Of a DNA stretch of 64,000 nucleotides, positions 32,315 through 44,009 are shown one piece after another. A program made the position numbers and the translations under genes. The stretch spans positions 133,544 through 197,543 of the forward strand of contig PDIP01000052.1 in the NCBI GenBank assembly GCA_002811645.1. The letters are read 5' to 3'. The notes under the pieces were generated by a model that did no database searches, had not been told where the DNA came from, and worked only from the letters and a program-made list of their open reading frames with translations. Every line of letters starts with the position of its first letter. Within the stretch, counting starts at the first letter, position 1. Source of the stretch: Corallochytrium limacisporum Hawaii. Lineage: Eukaryota > Protista > Pluriformea.

Positions 32315-35300
32315 TAGGTGCGTATGATACGCGTATGTTTTTCGTGTTCTATCCGTGTGCGTGGGCATGAGTGAGTGAACAGAATGAGAGAGCGTGTGTG
32401 GGTGAGAATTTGCCTGATGAAAGAACAAATAGAATCAATCTCAGTGTGCAATACGGGGATGATAATGACAAGAATTTTTCCCAAGCTGCAGCATACTTGT
32501 AGTTGTTGCTGTACTATACTGTGATCTTGGATGCATCCCAAAGGGTTGCACACGTACACATCACACTCTAGACCCCTTCCAGTCCCGTTATCCATGCGAT
32601 ACGACTGTGACACATGCTCGGATCATCGCGACTTGGACCATCATCAACAGGCGTCAATCATTCCTTCATCATTGGGGCATCAACAGATGTCAGCAAGAGG
32701 CATGTGTGGTATGCATGTCAAGGGATTGTGACCCCAACGAAAGGCGTAAAAACGCACGCACAACCATGACCACGATGAGGACCACCAAAACTGATGGTGA
32801 CGAATCCGCATTGAACGCTGATCAGGATGGGCGCGAGGAAGGCCCGAAAACCTGCCATGACACCACTACCACTGCCACTACCATTGATGAACATAGCCAA
32901 GTTTTTTCTGCCCACCCTTAGGTTCTCCGTTGTTGAACAACGGAAAAGACGCAATGATTACCTCCTCCACCTGTACAGCCACCAACTCACAGTCATCATC
33001 ACTATCATCTCTTCTGGGCGCCCTCCACATCGATGTTGGAGGGTGAGATATTAACGACATCCACCCTATCTCGGATCCACAACTGGTGAATAGGGTTGAC
33101 AACGGCTAGGAAGGTAAGATCAAGAACCGCACAAACTAGACGCGTACACCACACCACCACACCATCCACACAACCACAACAAATCTATTTATTCATAACG
33201 AGAGGGGCTGAGGGCATAGGGGAGACCTCCGCAAATCCATCCTCGGGAGAACCCGCAAACCCAGGGTGCTAGTAATGAGGGATCGCAAGCACATAGACAC
33301 CGCTGCACTGCAGAAAAGAGGCACACCATCACCGCAGACAACCGAGCATGATCGGGATCCATCCACGCTGAGCATGAAATCTGCGACACCGCACAGGCGC
33401 ACTCCAAGCCAATTCCTTTGACCCTCCCGCCCCATGCAAGTTCATCCGTCCACCCCAATGCGACACCCCCGCTCGCTCGCTGCTTTGACGTGCCATGGTG
33501 CGTGCCCCATGAAGGCGGTCAACAGCGAACGGGGGGCTGCACACGGTGGGCATCAGGGCTCTAGCCCAACCCCACAGTCGGCCCTATCCACCGGCAAACC
33601 AGGCGACCTGAAAAGACGGGCTCCTGGTGCGTTCTGCGGAATAACTGCTCCCCGACCGACCGGTTCTCCTCGACCTTGTGCACCTTGTGTGTAGGAGGTA
33701 CGGGGAATCAGAAATTGCTCTTGTGCCGGAGTGTTTCCTTTTTTGCCTTTCGCTATTTTGCTTGTCAAACAGATCGGTCCGTTTGTTGTTTGCGTGCCTT
33801 TTTACATTTGATCAGCGGCTTGTCTGATCGCTCCTTCGATTTCTGAGGCACCGATGGAGCCCGTGTTTCCTTCTGTCCAACCCCTTTGTCTTTTACCCGA
33901 GATTGTAAAACACGGTTGAGTTCGCACACAGACCGCCTCGCCTCTCCACCACCGCGACTACCTTTCTAACAAGGGTGTTCCCTAACACAGCACACAGGAC
34001 CAGCGGAGCACGCACGTCATCTTCCTGCACGCACGGACGGGTGTGTATTTCCCACCAGCACCAAGTTTTGCATAATAAGTCTTCCCTTTGCCATGGTGCC
34101 GACATTGCTTACTTGGGGGTCATCCTTATCCTTTCATGACGCACCGTCAGGCTTCGACACAGATGTGACACCAACAGGCACACCGAGAGATGCGAGAGAG
34201 ATGAAGAAAGATGAGAAATTTTAGCAATGAAATGAGTACTGCCGCATGTCATGCTGTAGCAGTAAGGAGATACCAACTTCTTATACTTTCATTTTTTGCA
34301 CCGACTCCTATGCCTGCCGGAAAAGATGGTATGTGTGGCTAAGTTGGGCAGAGCTTCTATGGAAACTGTCGAGTTGATGATATAAAAACCGGGAAATTGG
34401 GTGGGTGTAAAAAAAAATTACAATGCCGAAGACCCACCGCCCAGCTTAAGGAGAAATTCACCAAATTGTACGGCAAAAAAGACCTTCTTCTTCCTCTTTT
34501 TTTTGTCCCCTCCCCCTCTGCACCGCACCGAGTTCAAACTGGGCACACAGACAGGCAGGCCGGTGGACAAAAGAAGGAGGTGTAAGCGGATCAAAGCGCA
34601 AAAAAAAGAAAGTCTGGAGCACCAAGATTAGCCGCACTTATGTAGAAAGCAAAATTTTCCTCATGGATATACCTCCCCATCTTGGAGAACATTGCCTTTG
34701 TATGGCCATTGAAGAATATGGAAATTTTACTACTGATAGCAACCCCGGAGATTTAAACAGAAATACCGGTAGGGCGTTTCGATCTTTCGGCATTTGCCCG
34801 GGTAAAGAGGCGTGAAGGAAGGTGGGAGGGGAGGTTGTTACCACAGATTGGGAGGTGCACGCAAACGGTTCGGACTGTCTATGTGGTACTAAAAAGTACA
34901 TTGATTTACTACTGTAGGCACGGGGAGCATGGTTTCGTAAGGATGGCCCAACGGCCAGGGCAATGCAGAGTATAGAAAAGGCAAGCGGATGGAAGAAGGA
35001 ACGCCGAGGAAAAAAACCTAAACAGCGTTGCAAACAACTAGTTCGAACGCAACGGGCGATGGGAGATTAGAAGAGAACCTAGAAAGTCGGGGACTGCCAG
35101 CACCGTTTTGGCCTCCTATACTCAGTATCAGCGTCACTGATTCTTCTTTTTGGTAAAAGCAGGGGTGGGCTCCAAGTTTCCTCTCCTCCCTCCCCCTCCC
35201 GGGAGACGGAGCATAAAACATGGAGGAGGGCAGCACGCGAAAGTGTTGCGGAGCGAACACGGGAAGGACAAAATAACGAGCGCAACCGGCTCCCCTCCCC

Positions 35301-38300
35301 TCCCCCATTTTTTTTGCAGTTGGACGCTGTTATGGTTATTTTCAAGTCCAATTGGAGAGTATTGTCGATGGCGATAATGGACATCGGACCAACACGTTCA
35401 GAAGACCAAGACAAAAAAACGTGTTTGTCCGATATGGGCCCGATGCCCGCAAAAGACAACGAGGAGTGGCCAAAGACCTGTCATTTTTTTGGAGTTTGTT
35501 GCGTCCCATCTCCTATGCAAGTTCCATGAATCGGTTAAGATTAATCACCCGCAGTGGGCGTCCGTCCGTTTCAAGTCAACGCGAAAGAAAGAATGAGAGG
35601 AGGATGAGAAACGTAAGAATGTGTTGTGTAGTGTTAATGCCATGCGAAACCATCTCGGCATGCCTGCCATTCAGTCTATGAATTGCGCTTGGTATGGTGG
35701 GTACGCGTGGGTGGCGTGAACAAGGGTGTGAGTGTGTGTGTATGGGGGAAATGGGTACACCCCGACCTTGAGTGGACACGGCAGGTGTATGACATACGTT
35801 CTGAAAAGTCGCGCAATGGCCCGAGTCATGGCGCAAATACGCCGAGAAAACGAGAGAGAGAGAGAGCACAGGAAAACAGAGAACGGGAGTGACACAGAAA
35901 AGGCCGGGGTGTGGAGCAGTGAAAAAAGAAAGCGAGATACTTCTGTAGTGACCGGTGGTGAAGCGTGCGCGTCACGGAAGCGTTCGGAAGAGTCACACAC
36001 GGCCCGAGCGCTTCGAAAACAACGGCACCGTGCTGAAACACACCCCCGTGGGGAGAGAATGTGTTCGTCCCATTGCGACGAAGGAATGCATGGCACACTC
36101 GCTGACTCCTGCAGATAGTGGTGGTGCACACAGAGTAAGACATAACGCCCGTTTTGCGTCTGTGTGAGTGGATGTGCATGGCCACTGTGTACGGGATCAT
36201 GACATACGACAGAAAGAATGGCAAAAGACAGGACCGCCGAAATCCCAGCTCAAGACGGGCACGACAGAAAGGCGGGAACTCAGCCCGACGCGCCGGCCCG
36301 GGATTCTTACACACAGCAGCAGACTCGGGCCATTGTTCAGGTTTGTTTGGGGCACACACACACACACACACCCACATACGCAAACTCACACCCCCACACG
36401 GGAGGCATGTTTAGAAAACGAACGTATGGTTCCATCGGATGAGATCTCCCGCCATCATTCACATGACATGCTCTGTGTCCCCGTGTATTTGGATTCAGAT
36501 GCACGTCAACAAATGTGCGCACCAACAGGTGTGTAAGTTAGGGGCCTGTTTAGGATGGAATGCCCACTCTGCATACTTAATAAATAGTTAATATCTTTGG
36601 GGCACTGCCATAAACAAAGCTGCATGTAACACCATAGCAAATGCGCGCAGAATGTGCACGCCGCGAAGGAATTACTGTGTTTTTCCCAAGTGTTTCAGTT
36701 CGTGCTCAACCCACCGAACACATCGTCAAAATCACATAAATACTCGTCCTTCCCTCGTGGTCCTGATCACGAACGCGTACATTACATACTGCATTTGTTC
36801 CCATCGCATACCGAGCGCAGGCTGCCAGACCTGTCTGTTTCTCCAACAACCAAGACCGAATTTCTTTCCGTTTCTCAGTTGCACAGCAGCCGGTCGAAAT
36901 CGGCCAACACTGCAACAAAAAATATACCTAGGAATTAGATGCGTTTCGTATGTACAGGGCATTCTCTAGTATCTAGAGTACGAAAAAAACACAGGGCGAG
37001 AGACGCGTGGTGCATTCCTCTCGGCCGAGAGAGCGAGAGGGTTGGAGCTGTGAGTGAGCGTCCATTTTTGCTTAGTTGCCGGGAGTTCGATTATCCACCG
37101 CGCGCTATGGCCGGTCAGTTAATTGGAATCGCATGGGTGTGCGGGTATGTACGTCTGGCAAACACAAACAAATAAAACAAATTAAACGGGATGGGAAGGG
37201 CAGAGGAGGGCAGAGGGCAGAGGAGGCAGAGAGAGAGGGGCAGGGGGGGAGACGCTATGAATTTGCTGAGTCATCAGAATTTATGGTTACGAGCCAGTTC
37301 AGAAAAGATTACAAGTTATGTTCCATGTGTCTAAATATTAGTACATTAAGTATTTATGGGTCTATGAATAATACGAACCGAGCTATGAGCGGCTGCCCAA
37401 GAGCTGACTTTTTCGTTGAAGATACAGAATTCTTGTCACTCGCGCGATGTGGACCTGAAATCGAAGCTGGTCACGAAATGATACTGAAAGACTCGTGATC
37501 TGGTCCGGGAGTGGGAATAATGCAGTTGCGCGCGGAGATAATACGATGGGCACTATGGATCCGATCGAGAAAATATGTGGACCGTGGCAAGATATGGTCC
37601 CCAATTCACACGCTTGTCAGGGACTTTTCATATTGTACGATTATCAAAAAGGCAAGAGGGCCAAAAAAAACAAAAAGGGGAAAAACCACGGAGAGCGAGA
37701 AAACCCCGGGGGGAGAGAGGGGGGGGTGCAAGATTACCACACTCAACTGAAATTCATTTGGCCTCCGTTGCTTTGTGGTCTGAGGTTCACACGGTCACAT
37801 CGAGTCAGTGAGCACGCACGATGTTGGGCTTGAGAGAAGGCGTCGCACTTCTCCCTTCCCTTTCTCCCCCTTTTTTTCCGCTCTGCTTTTCGTTTTCATT
37901 CTCTCTTTTGTTTTCTCGGTTCTTAATGGGGTCACTTGTCCCTCAATACTTTGCTCAACAACTGACCATCTACATAACGTAAAAGAGAACGGCATGAATT
38001 AATCACACAGAGTTTGGCGTCGTGTGCCCCATTTGCCTTCGACAGGCACGCATGCCATTGCGTGCCGCCGAGGCTAGACTCCCACAAGAACGTCCACTAA
38101 TTTAATATGTAGAATGGAACGAGGTGAATTTTACGCACCAACGTTACGCATCGTCTAGGCTTACTCTGCTATGACTCATGCCATGGTCCAACAACGACGT
38201 ATGCTGACACCAACATTTCAATCATCAATGAAAACAGACTGCAAAATTCAGGTGTGAATGTACTCAATCATCCCGCTATTACTGATCAGTAGATTGATGC

Positions 38301-39418
38301 GACCGACACCGACCGATAACGGCTGCATAGGGTGTAGCAGCCTTGATGCTGTTTCGTATCGACCTGACGATTAGAAAGCTTAATAGTACATACCCAATAT
38401 GTGACGAAACGATTGCGGGATTGCAGAACTTGCGTAAATGACTCTATCATAAAATTGGCATGTGATGAACGTTCATCTCTCTCCGATGTGGCGGTTCGAT
38501 TATCCTAGAACTAACTCATCAGTAGCTATACGTTTAATACGACCGTGCAATGGCTCCATTGTTTTAAAAGGAAAGAAAAAAAAGAGACTCTGGTTGTTGA
38601 GAAGATAATGACCAACTTGGACAATTCATACCCAGTCTACGTAGCGATAGCCGGAGCAGGTATCGATGGCCACGTAGTTGGAAACAACTCTAAGGTCTGA
38701 AGCTATTGCTAGAGATTAGCCTCTTGGGACACTTAAGAATTTTCTGCACATTCACCTATCTTTAAAACGGTGATAAAGTTGATAAGAGAACATCGCCAGG
38801 GCAGGAGCGGGAAAGTTGCAGTTAGCAGTTGTGGTGGAGACGTGGGAGAAATGCGCAAATGTGCAAATGTCATACTTCACCAGTGGACTGAAAAAGTTAG
38901 AAAAATGTGTTTCCTTGGCAAGAGACCCACACTTGTGATATCAGGCGCGAAGCGAGAGGGAGACAAATGGGTGCCGGGTGAAGCAATTAAAAGAAGCTTA
39001 CGAAGTCTGAGTTGCCCGGGAGTTCCATACATTATGTACTGTAAAGAATCTTCACGAGTAAGATGAGGGACGAATTTGGAGGAGCTTCGGGTATGCGACA
39101 GAGATCGTCGTTCAGTCACTCTTTGCAGGACGAGGTCAGAATACAACCCAAGCTGAGAAAACTAGAAAATAGAAAACCTAACAAATAGAGCAATTTTTCC
39201 TGCCAGCACGTTTACAGGTCCTGTAGCTCGGTCTCCTTCTTAATTTTTCTTCAGGTCCTTTTCAACTGTCTCTCTGCTGCGGTTGTCCAGGTGTGTGGGC
39301 CCAAGATAGCGGTGGGCTGACGGTTTTGCGCAATAAAGAGTCGGAGTACGCGCAAGGGAGAGACCCGCGAGAGATAAAAAAAAAGTTTTACGGACAGCGA
39401 CCGGTTCTTTTCTTTTTT

Positions 39419-39420
<2 letters not shown>

Positions 39421-39462
<42 letters not shown>
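39421..39462. repeat. (GA)n microsatellite, with further GA/GAGT runs to about 39660
   Basis: Seen directly. Confidence 0.95.
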
Positions 39463-39465
<3 letters not shown>

Positions 39466-41950
39466 TGCAGCTAGTCCGATGGTTGGACACAACGTCAAGA
39501 ACATCGTGAGTGGGCTCTGTCAGCAGATAGGGAATGTCGACGAATGGGGAAGCAGGCGGGGACGAGGCGCTGGGGACACACACAGAGACACCGAGTGAGT
39601 GAGTGAGTGAATGAGTGAGAGGGAGAAACAGAGAGAGAGAGAGAGAGAAAGAGAGAGATAAAGGTGGAGGTGCCAAAGTGATAGGGGGCCCACCCACCGC
39701 CGCCTTTCTTCCGCCTTTTCTCATCCACCAAGTAAAGTAATAAGGAACAATTCTGATAAAAAGAATAGGAAACAAAACCGGGAATACACAACACAAGGAA
39801 GGGGCTGCTGGAGACGGAACAAGGGACCCGAGAAGTCTGTGAGTGAAGGGTGTGGAGACGCGTAGGCGGAGGAGCGCGGGGAGCGGGGAGTATCGTGTGC
39901 GGTGGTGCGTTTTTGGGTGTGCAATTTGAAACGATTCAGACAAGAGATAAAAATATCCCAATTCTTCTTTCTTCCTCCCCTGTTTTTCTTCTTCTTCTTT
40001 TTCTTACACTTTCGCTCTGGCGGTCGTCCCACTTTTCGCCTCGTTCTCTCCTTTTTTTTTCTTTTCCTTTTCTTTTTCCTTTTTTTTTTCTTTTTTGCCG
40101 TTTGCTCGCTTTCGTGCGGTCTGTCTGAACCTTTTTGGTTGGTTGTCGAAATTCTGAGAGGCCGGCCAAATATGGCACCCATGGCACCATCAAATGCAAC
40201 GTACATAGTATGGAGCGGAGAAGGGAGTTGGAAATTGGGACCATTCAGGAAGGATGCCACCCGTGTGATTGGAGACCGCAAAGGGAGCTTCGGGAAAACG
40301 AAAGTCAGCAAGCGGCCGAGGAGGAGAGGGGGAGGGGGGAAAGGGCTCCGCCGAGGGAGAAAGGNNNNNNNNNNNNNNNNNNNNNNNNNNNNNNNNNNNN
40401 NNNNNNNNNNNNNNNNNNNNNNNNNNNNNNNNNNNNNNNNNNNNNNNNNNNNNNNNNNNNNNNNNNNNNNNNNNNNNNNNNNNNNNNNNNNNNNNNNNNN
40501 NNNNNNNNNNNNNNNNNNNNNNNNNNNNNNNNNNNNNNNNNNNNNNNNNNNNNNNNNNNNNNNNNNNNNNNNNNNNNNNNNNNNNNNNNNNNNNNNNNNN
40601 NNNNNNNNNNNNNNNGGGGGGGGAGGGGAGAAGAAAAGGGATGGGCAGCACGAGGAGCAAAGGGTAAGGACTCGGGGCTCAAATATACGTCTCTCACGTC
40701 ATGTATACCTTGCCTTGTCCAGTATTCATAGTAGATGTGTGTAGAGTGCGGGGCATATATGCGGATTATCTGGCATATGTTCGTGATGAGGTTCCGCAGG
40801 AAACGAGCGCTGCCCCCCCTCCCCCCCCCCTTGGGTTCCCCTCCATTTTTTTCTTTCCACTTCCCTGTCGACTGTTGCAGCACCGACCCATTCAATTATT
40901 TTTGGAGGCCAACTGCTCCCCCTCTTTTTTTTATTCTCTCACCCGAAACTTTTCTATTTTTTTTTCATATTTCTTCACGGCGTTCCGAAACAGCCGTATG
41001 CTTAGTACTCAACCGCGGACCGCGCGCATGCCGGGCCGACCGGCCCACCGGGGGAAGGGGGACCCACACCCCGAGAGAGAGAGAGAGAGCTAGCGACCGA
41101 GAGACACACCGCACACAGAGCAGAAAAAAAAAGGGTAGAGAGAGAGAGAGAAGGAGTGAGCGGGGACAGATATGAGAGATAGTCAGCGCCTTGTGTGTGT
41201 GTGTGTGTGTCATGTCAGCTGTTCGTTCCTCTGCGTTTCCCCCATTCTCTGTTCTTTCCCCCCCCCCCTCTCCCCCTCGCTTTTCTCTCTTCGGCGCTCT
41301 TCCCTCTCTCACTCGCGCCGGGGCCAGTGACGTGCCACGAAAATGGTCCGCGAAGCGAGGAAAAGTACAACTTACCCAACTGCGACAGGAGTCGGCTCCA
41401 AAATCCCATTGGTTTTGTATTGAAAAGGAATTGGGAGGGAAAGAGGACGCGAGAAGGAGGAAAGGGGGTTGACCTCACGACCAAGAGAAAAGGAGGGAAG
41501 GGGAGAGGGGGGTGAGGGGGGTACGTGTGGCTGTGTGTGTGATGTGCTCTGTGGGGCGCACCAGCGGCCAACTAAGGTGGGCCCCTTTGGAAGTGGCAAA
41601 AGAACTTACACGTTACACAAGAGACGAGGGGAAAAGCTGAGGGATGGCACAAGCCCATTTTAGTTTCGATGAATGCATTGATGATGTAGTCCTATCCCCC
41701 TTGTTTTGTGGAGTTGGAAGAAGAGATTATCTTCAATGGACTCGATCGCGGCTGTTCGGGTATGTGAAGGCCAACGGCTCCGGATGGAACACGAACTAAC
41801 AACATCGTTTTCGTATGAAACTATTTTAACGCAAGAGATCTTTATTTGCGACGGGCGACAACCACGAAGAGAATACGTGACAAAGACTCACGATACGGGA
41901 TAAGACAACGAGCAAAGCAACCACAGAAGTTTGTGATCAAGAAAGCAAGT

Positions 41951-42253
41951 ATGCCAAGCAATGGAAAGAACAGTGACCCCAAGAAGCTCCGCACGTCGGT
42001 GAGCTTCAACCTGGAAGAGAACGTGATCGGAGAAGAGGGAAGCAGAGCCTATGACACTTCCAGTCCGGAAAGTTTGAGCAGTTTGAACAGTTCCCAGGAT
42101 AGTGAAAGCTACACACGCCTGCTGCGCCAGTACACGAAGGGCACTCTGGTCTCTCGCTTCAGCGTCGAGGACGTTCAGGACGGAGAGGTGCGCTCCACAA
42201 AGTCACACAAGTACCACATTCGGCGCTTTAGTGTCGAGGAATTTAGCGACTGA
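41951..42253 (+). CDS. 100-aa disordered microprotein with RVxF-like and two RFxV motifs
   Basis: ATG with A at -3 and coding-like composition. The RFSVE motif is repeated with only synonymous differences (cgc ttc agc gtc gag / cgc ttt agt gtc gag). An AT-rich 3' UTR-like sequence follows the stop. Confidence 0.75.
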   Translation: MPSNGKNSDPKKLRTSVSFNLEENVIGEEGSRAYDTSSPESLSSLNSSQDSESYTRLLRQYTKGTLVSRFSVEDVQDGEVRSTKSHKYHIRRFSVEEFSD

Positions 42254-43051
42254 ATTTATTTATTTTTCTTTTTCTTTTTGATCAGACTGGTACGTCTGTA
42301 TTGAAAACAAAACAAAAAGAACACCGCAACTGATCCCACCCCAAAAGACGAGTTCCGCTGGTTCGGGTACTCTCAGGGATCGGAATATGTATGCCACTAA
42401 TCCGTCTTAGATAAGATGCACTCTTAAAATTCATCAACAGAAGGTGCATTGTGGACGGTGAGAGTGAGGAGCCCCCAAAATAGTGAACCATTTGGGAAAT
42501 AAGTCAATACGTTCTAGTCGTCGCGTATCGGTATGAGCATTCCCGGAGGAAGGTTCTGGCTCTGGTAGCTCCGTGTGTGTTTTAACGTGTACACTAATGT
42601 GTGATTTTTTGCAATGTGTACGAGAGACTATGAGTGTCATGGCGTAGAACGCGTCCATGATGCCAGCCACCGTATGAAAAATATCCAAGTCGGATGGTCC
42701 CCCCTTTTCCAACACTTTGTTCGAGTTCCCATAGAATGTTCTTTTCGACCATCCGTGCCAGGAAGCAACTATCACACCCTACTTAGAACCCATTGCCAAT
42801 TCATCGTCATGTATTCCAATGGCCCCCTCCCCCCCAAATATAAGTAAACCTATTATATCTATTTTGCCATAAAAAAAACTTAAAAGTCTTAGTGTTTGAA
42901 AAGTTACCCTTCTTTGGATTCCCCCCCCCCCTCCCTCCCCTTTTTTCTCCCCACTCCCCTTACCAAAGCGAGATACAAAGGGCATGTTATTAGAGAATTC
43001 AACTATCAATCAAGTCTTGACTACTGTGAACTTTGCGGTGGGGATTTTCTA

Positions 43052-43937
43052 TCAATCAAAGAGGTCCGGCATCTCGCGCAAGGCAGAAGCAGCGGCACGT
43101 CCAGCCGCACGTTGCGGCCTCCGCGGTGAAGTCTCTTGCTCCTGTTCCATAGGCTCATTTTCTGTGCTACCGCGCTGGGGACGACCGGACCGGCGCCGCT
43201 TAGACGGTGACGGGGACTGCTGTTCGTGGGACAAGGAGATAGCCTTGGATGGGCTATTTTCGCCATCTGCGTCTCGAAGGCCGTTGGAGTCGTCCTCGTC
43301 GTTTTCGTCATTGTCTTCTTGCACGTAATCGTCATCAAAGTCCTCATCGTCCTCATCGTCGTTGTCAAAGTCCTCGTCCTCGTCATCGTCGTCGTCGTCT
43401 TCTTCTTCATCATCATCTTCCTCGAGCTGGAAGTCGCCGTCGTCAGCGGCGTCAGCTTCAGGTTCTTCTTCGTCAGGGTCCTCGTCATCTTCGTCACTGA
43501 AGACATGATTCCTGTACTCGATCGCGGGACGGAACCGCTTTGGTGGCTGCTCAGCGTCATTGTCGTGGTCATCGTCATGCGCACTTGGCGCATCTTTCCG
43601 CTTTTCACCGACCCCAGGGCCACCATTGATATGCACCGTATCGTGATTGATGCCGTTCTGTAGCAGGGCCGAAGACGACAACGCTACGGCAGTCATGCTG
43701 GCGTTGGTGGACGACGTCGTGTTGCTCGTGGACTTAGGAGGAGTGACGACACTGAATGTGGTGGTATCAGCCGTAATGGCGGTGTCTTTGCCAGCTTCCG
43801 GGGTCATTGTGGTCGCCGCTGTGATAGGCCTCGGAGTGATAGTCAGTATGGGAGTAACAGGTACTTCTCCGTTCTGTGACTCCTGGTTTTCCTGTTGTTG
43901 CTGTTGTTGTTGCTGCTCCTGTTGTTGTTGCTGCTCC

Positions 43938-44009
<72 letters not shown>

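Noticed and set aside
32607-32921. Possible RING start (ACVVCMSRDCD)
   Set aside because: Only the first Cys pair is present; the remaining RING ligands are absent.
39251-41663. ORFs of 100-280 aa in the desert
   Set aside because: They are translations of microsatellites, homopolymer runs and N-gaps (poly-F/K, SLSL, HTHT) with no protein-like content.
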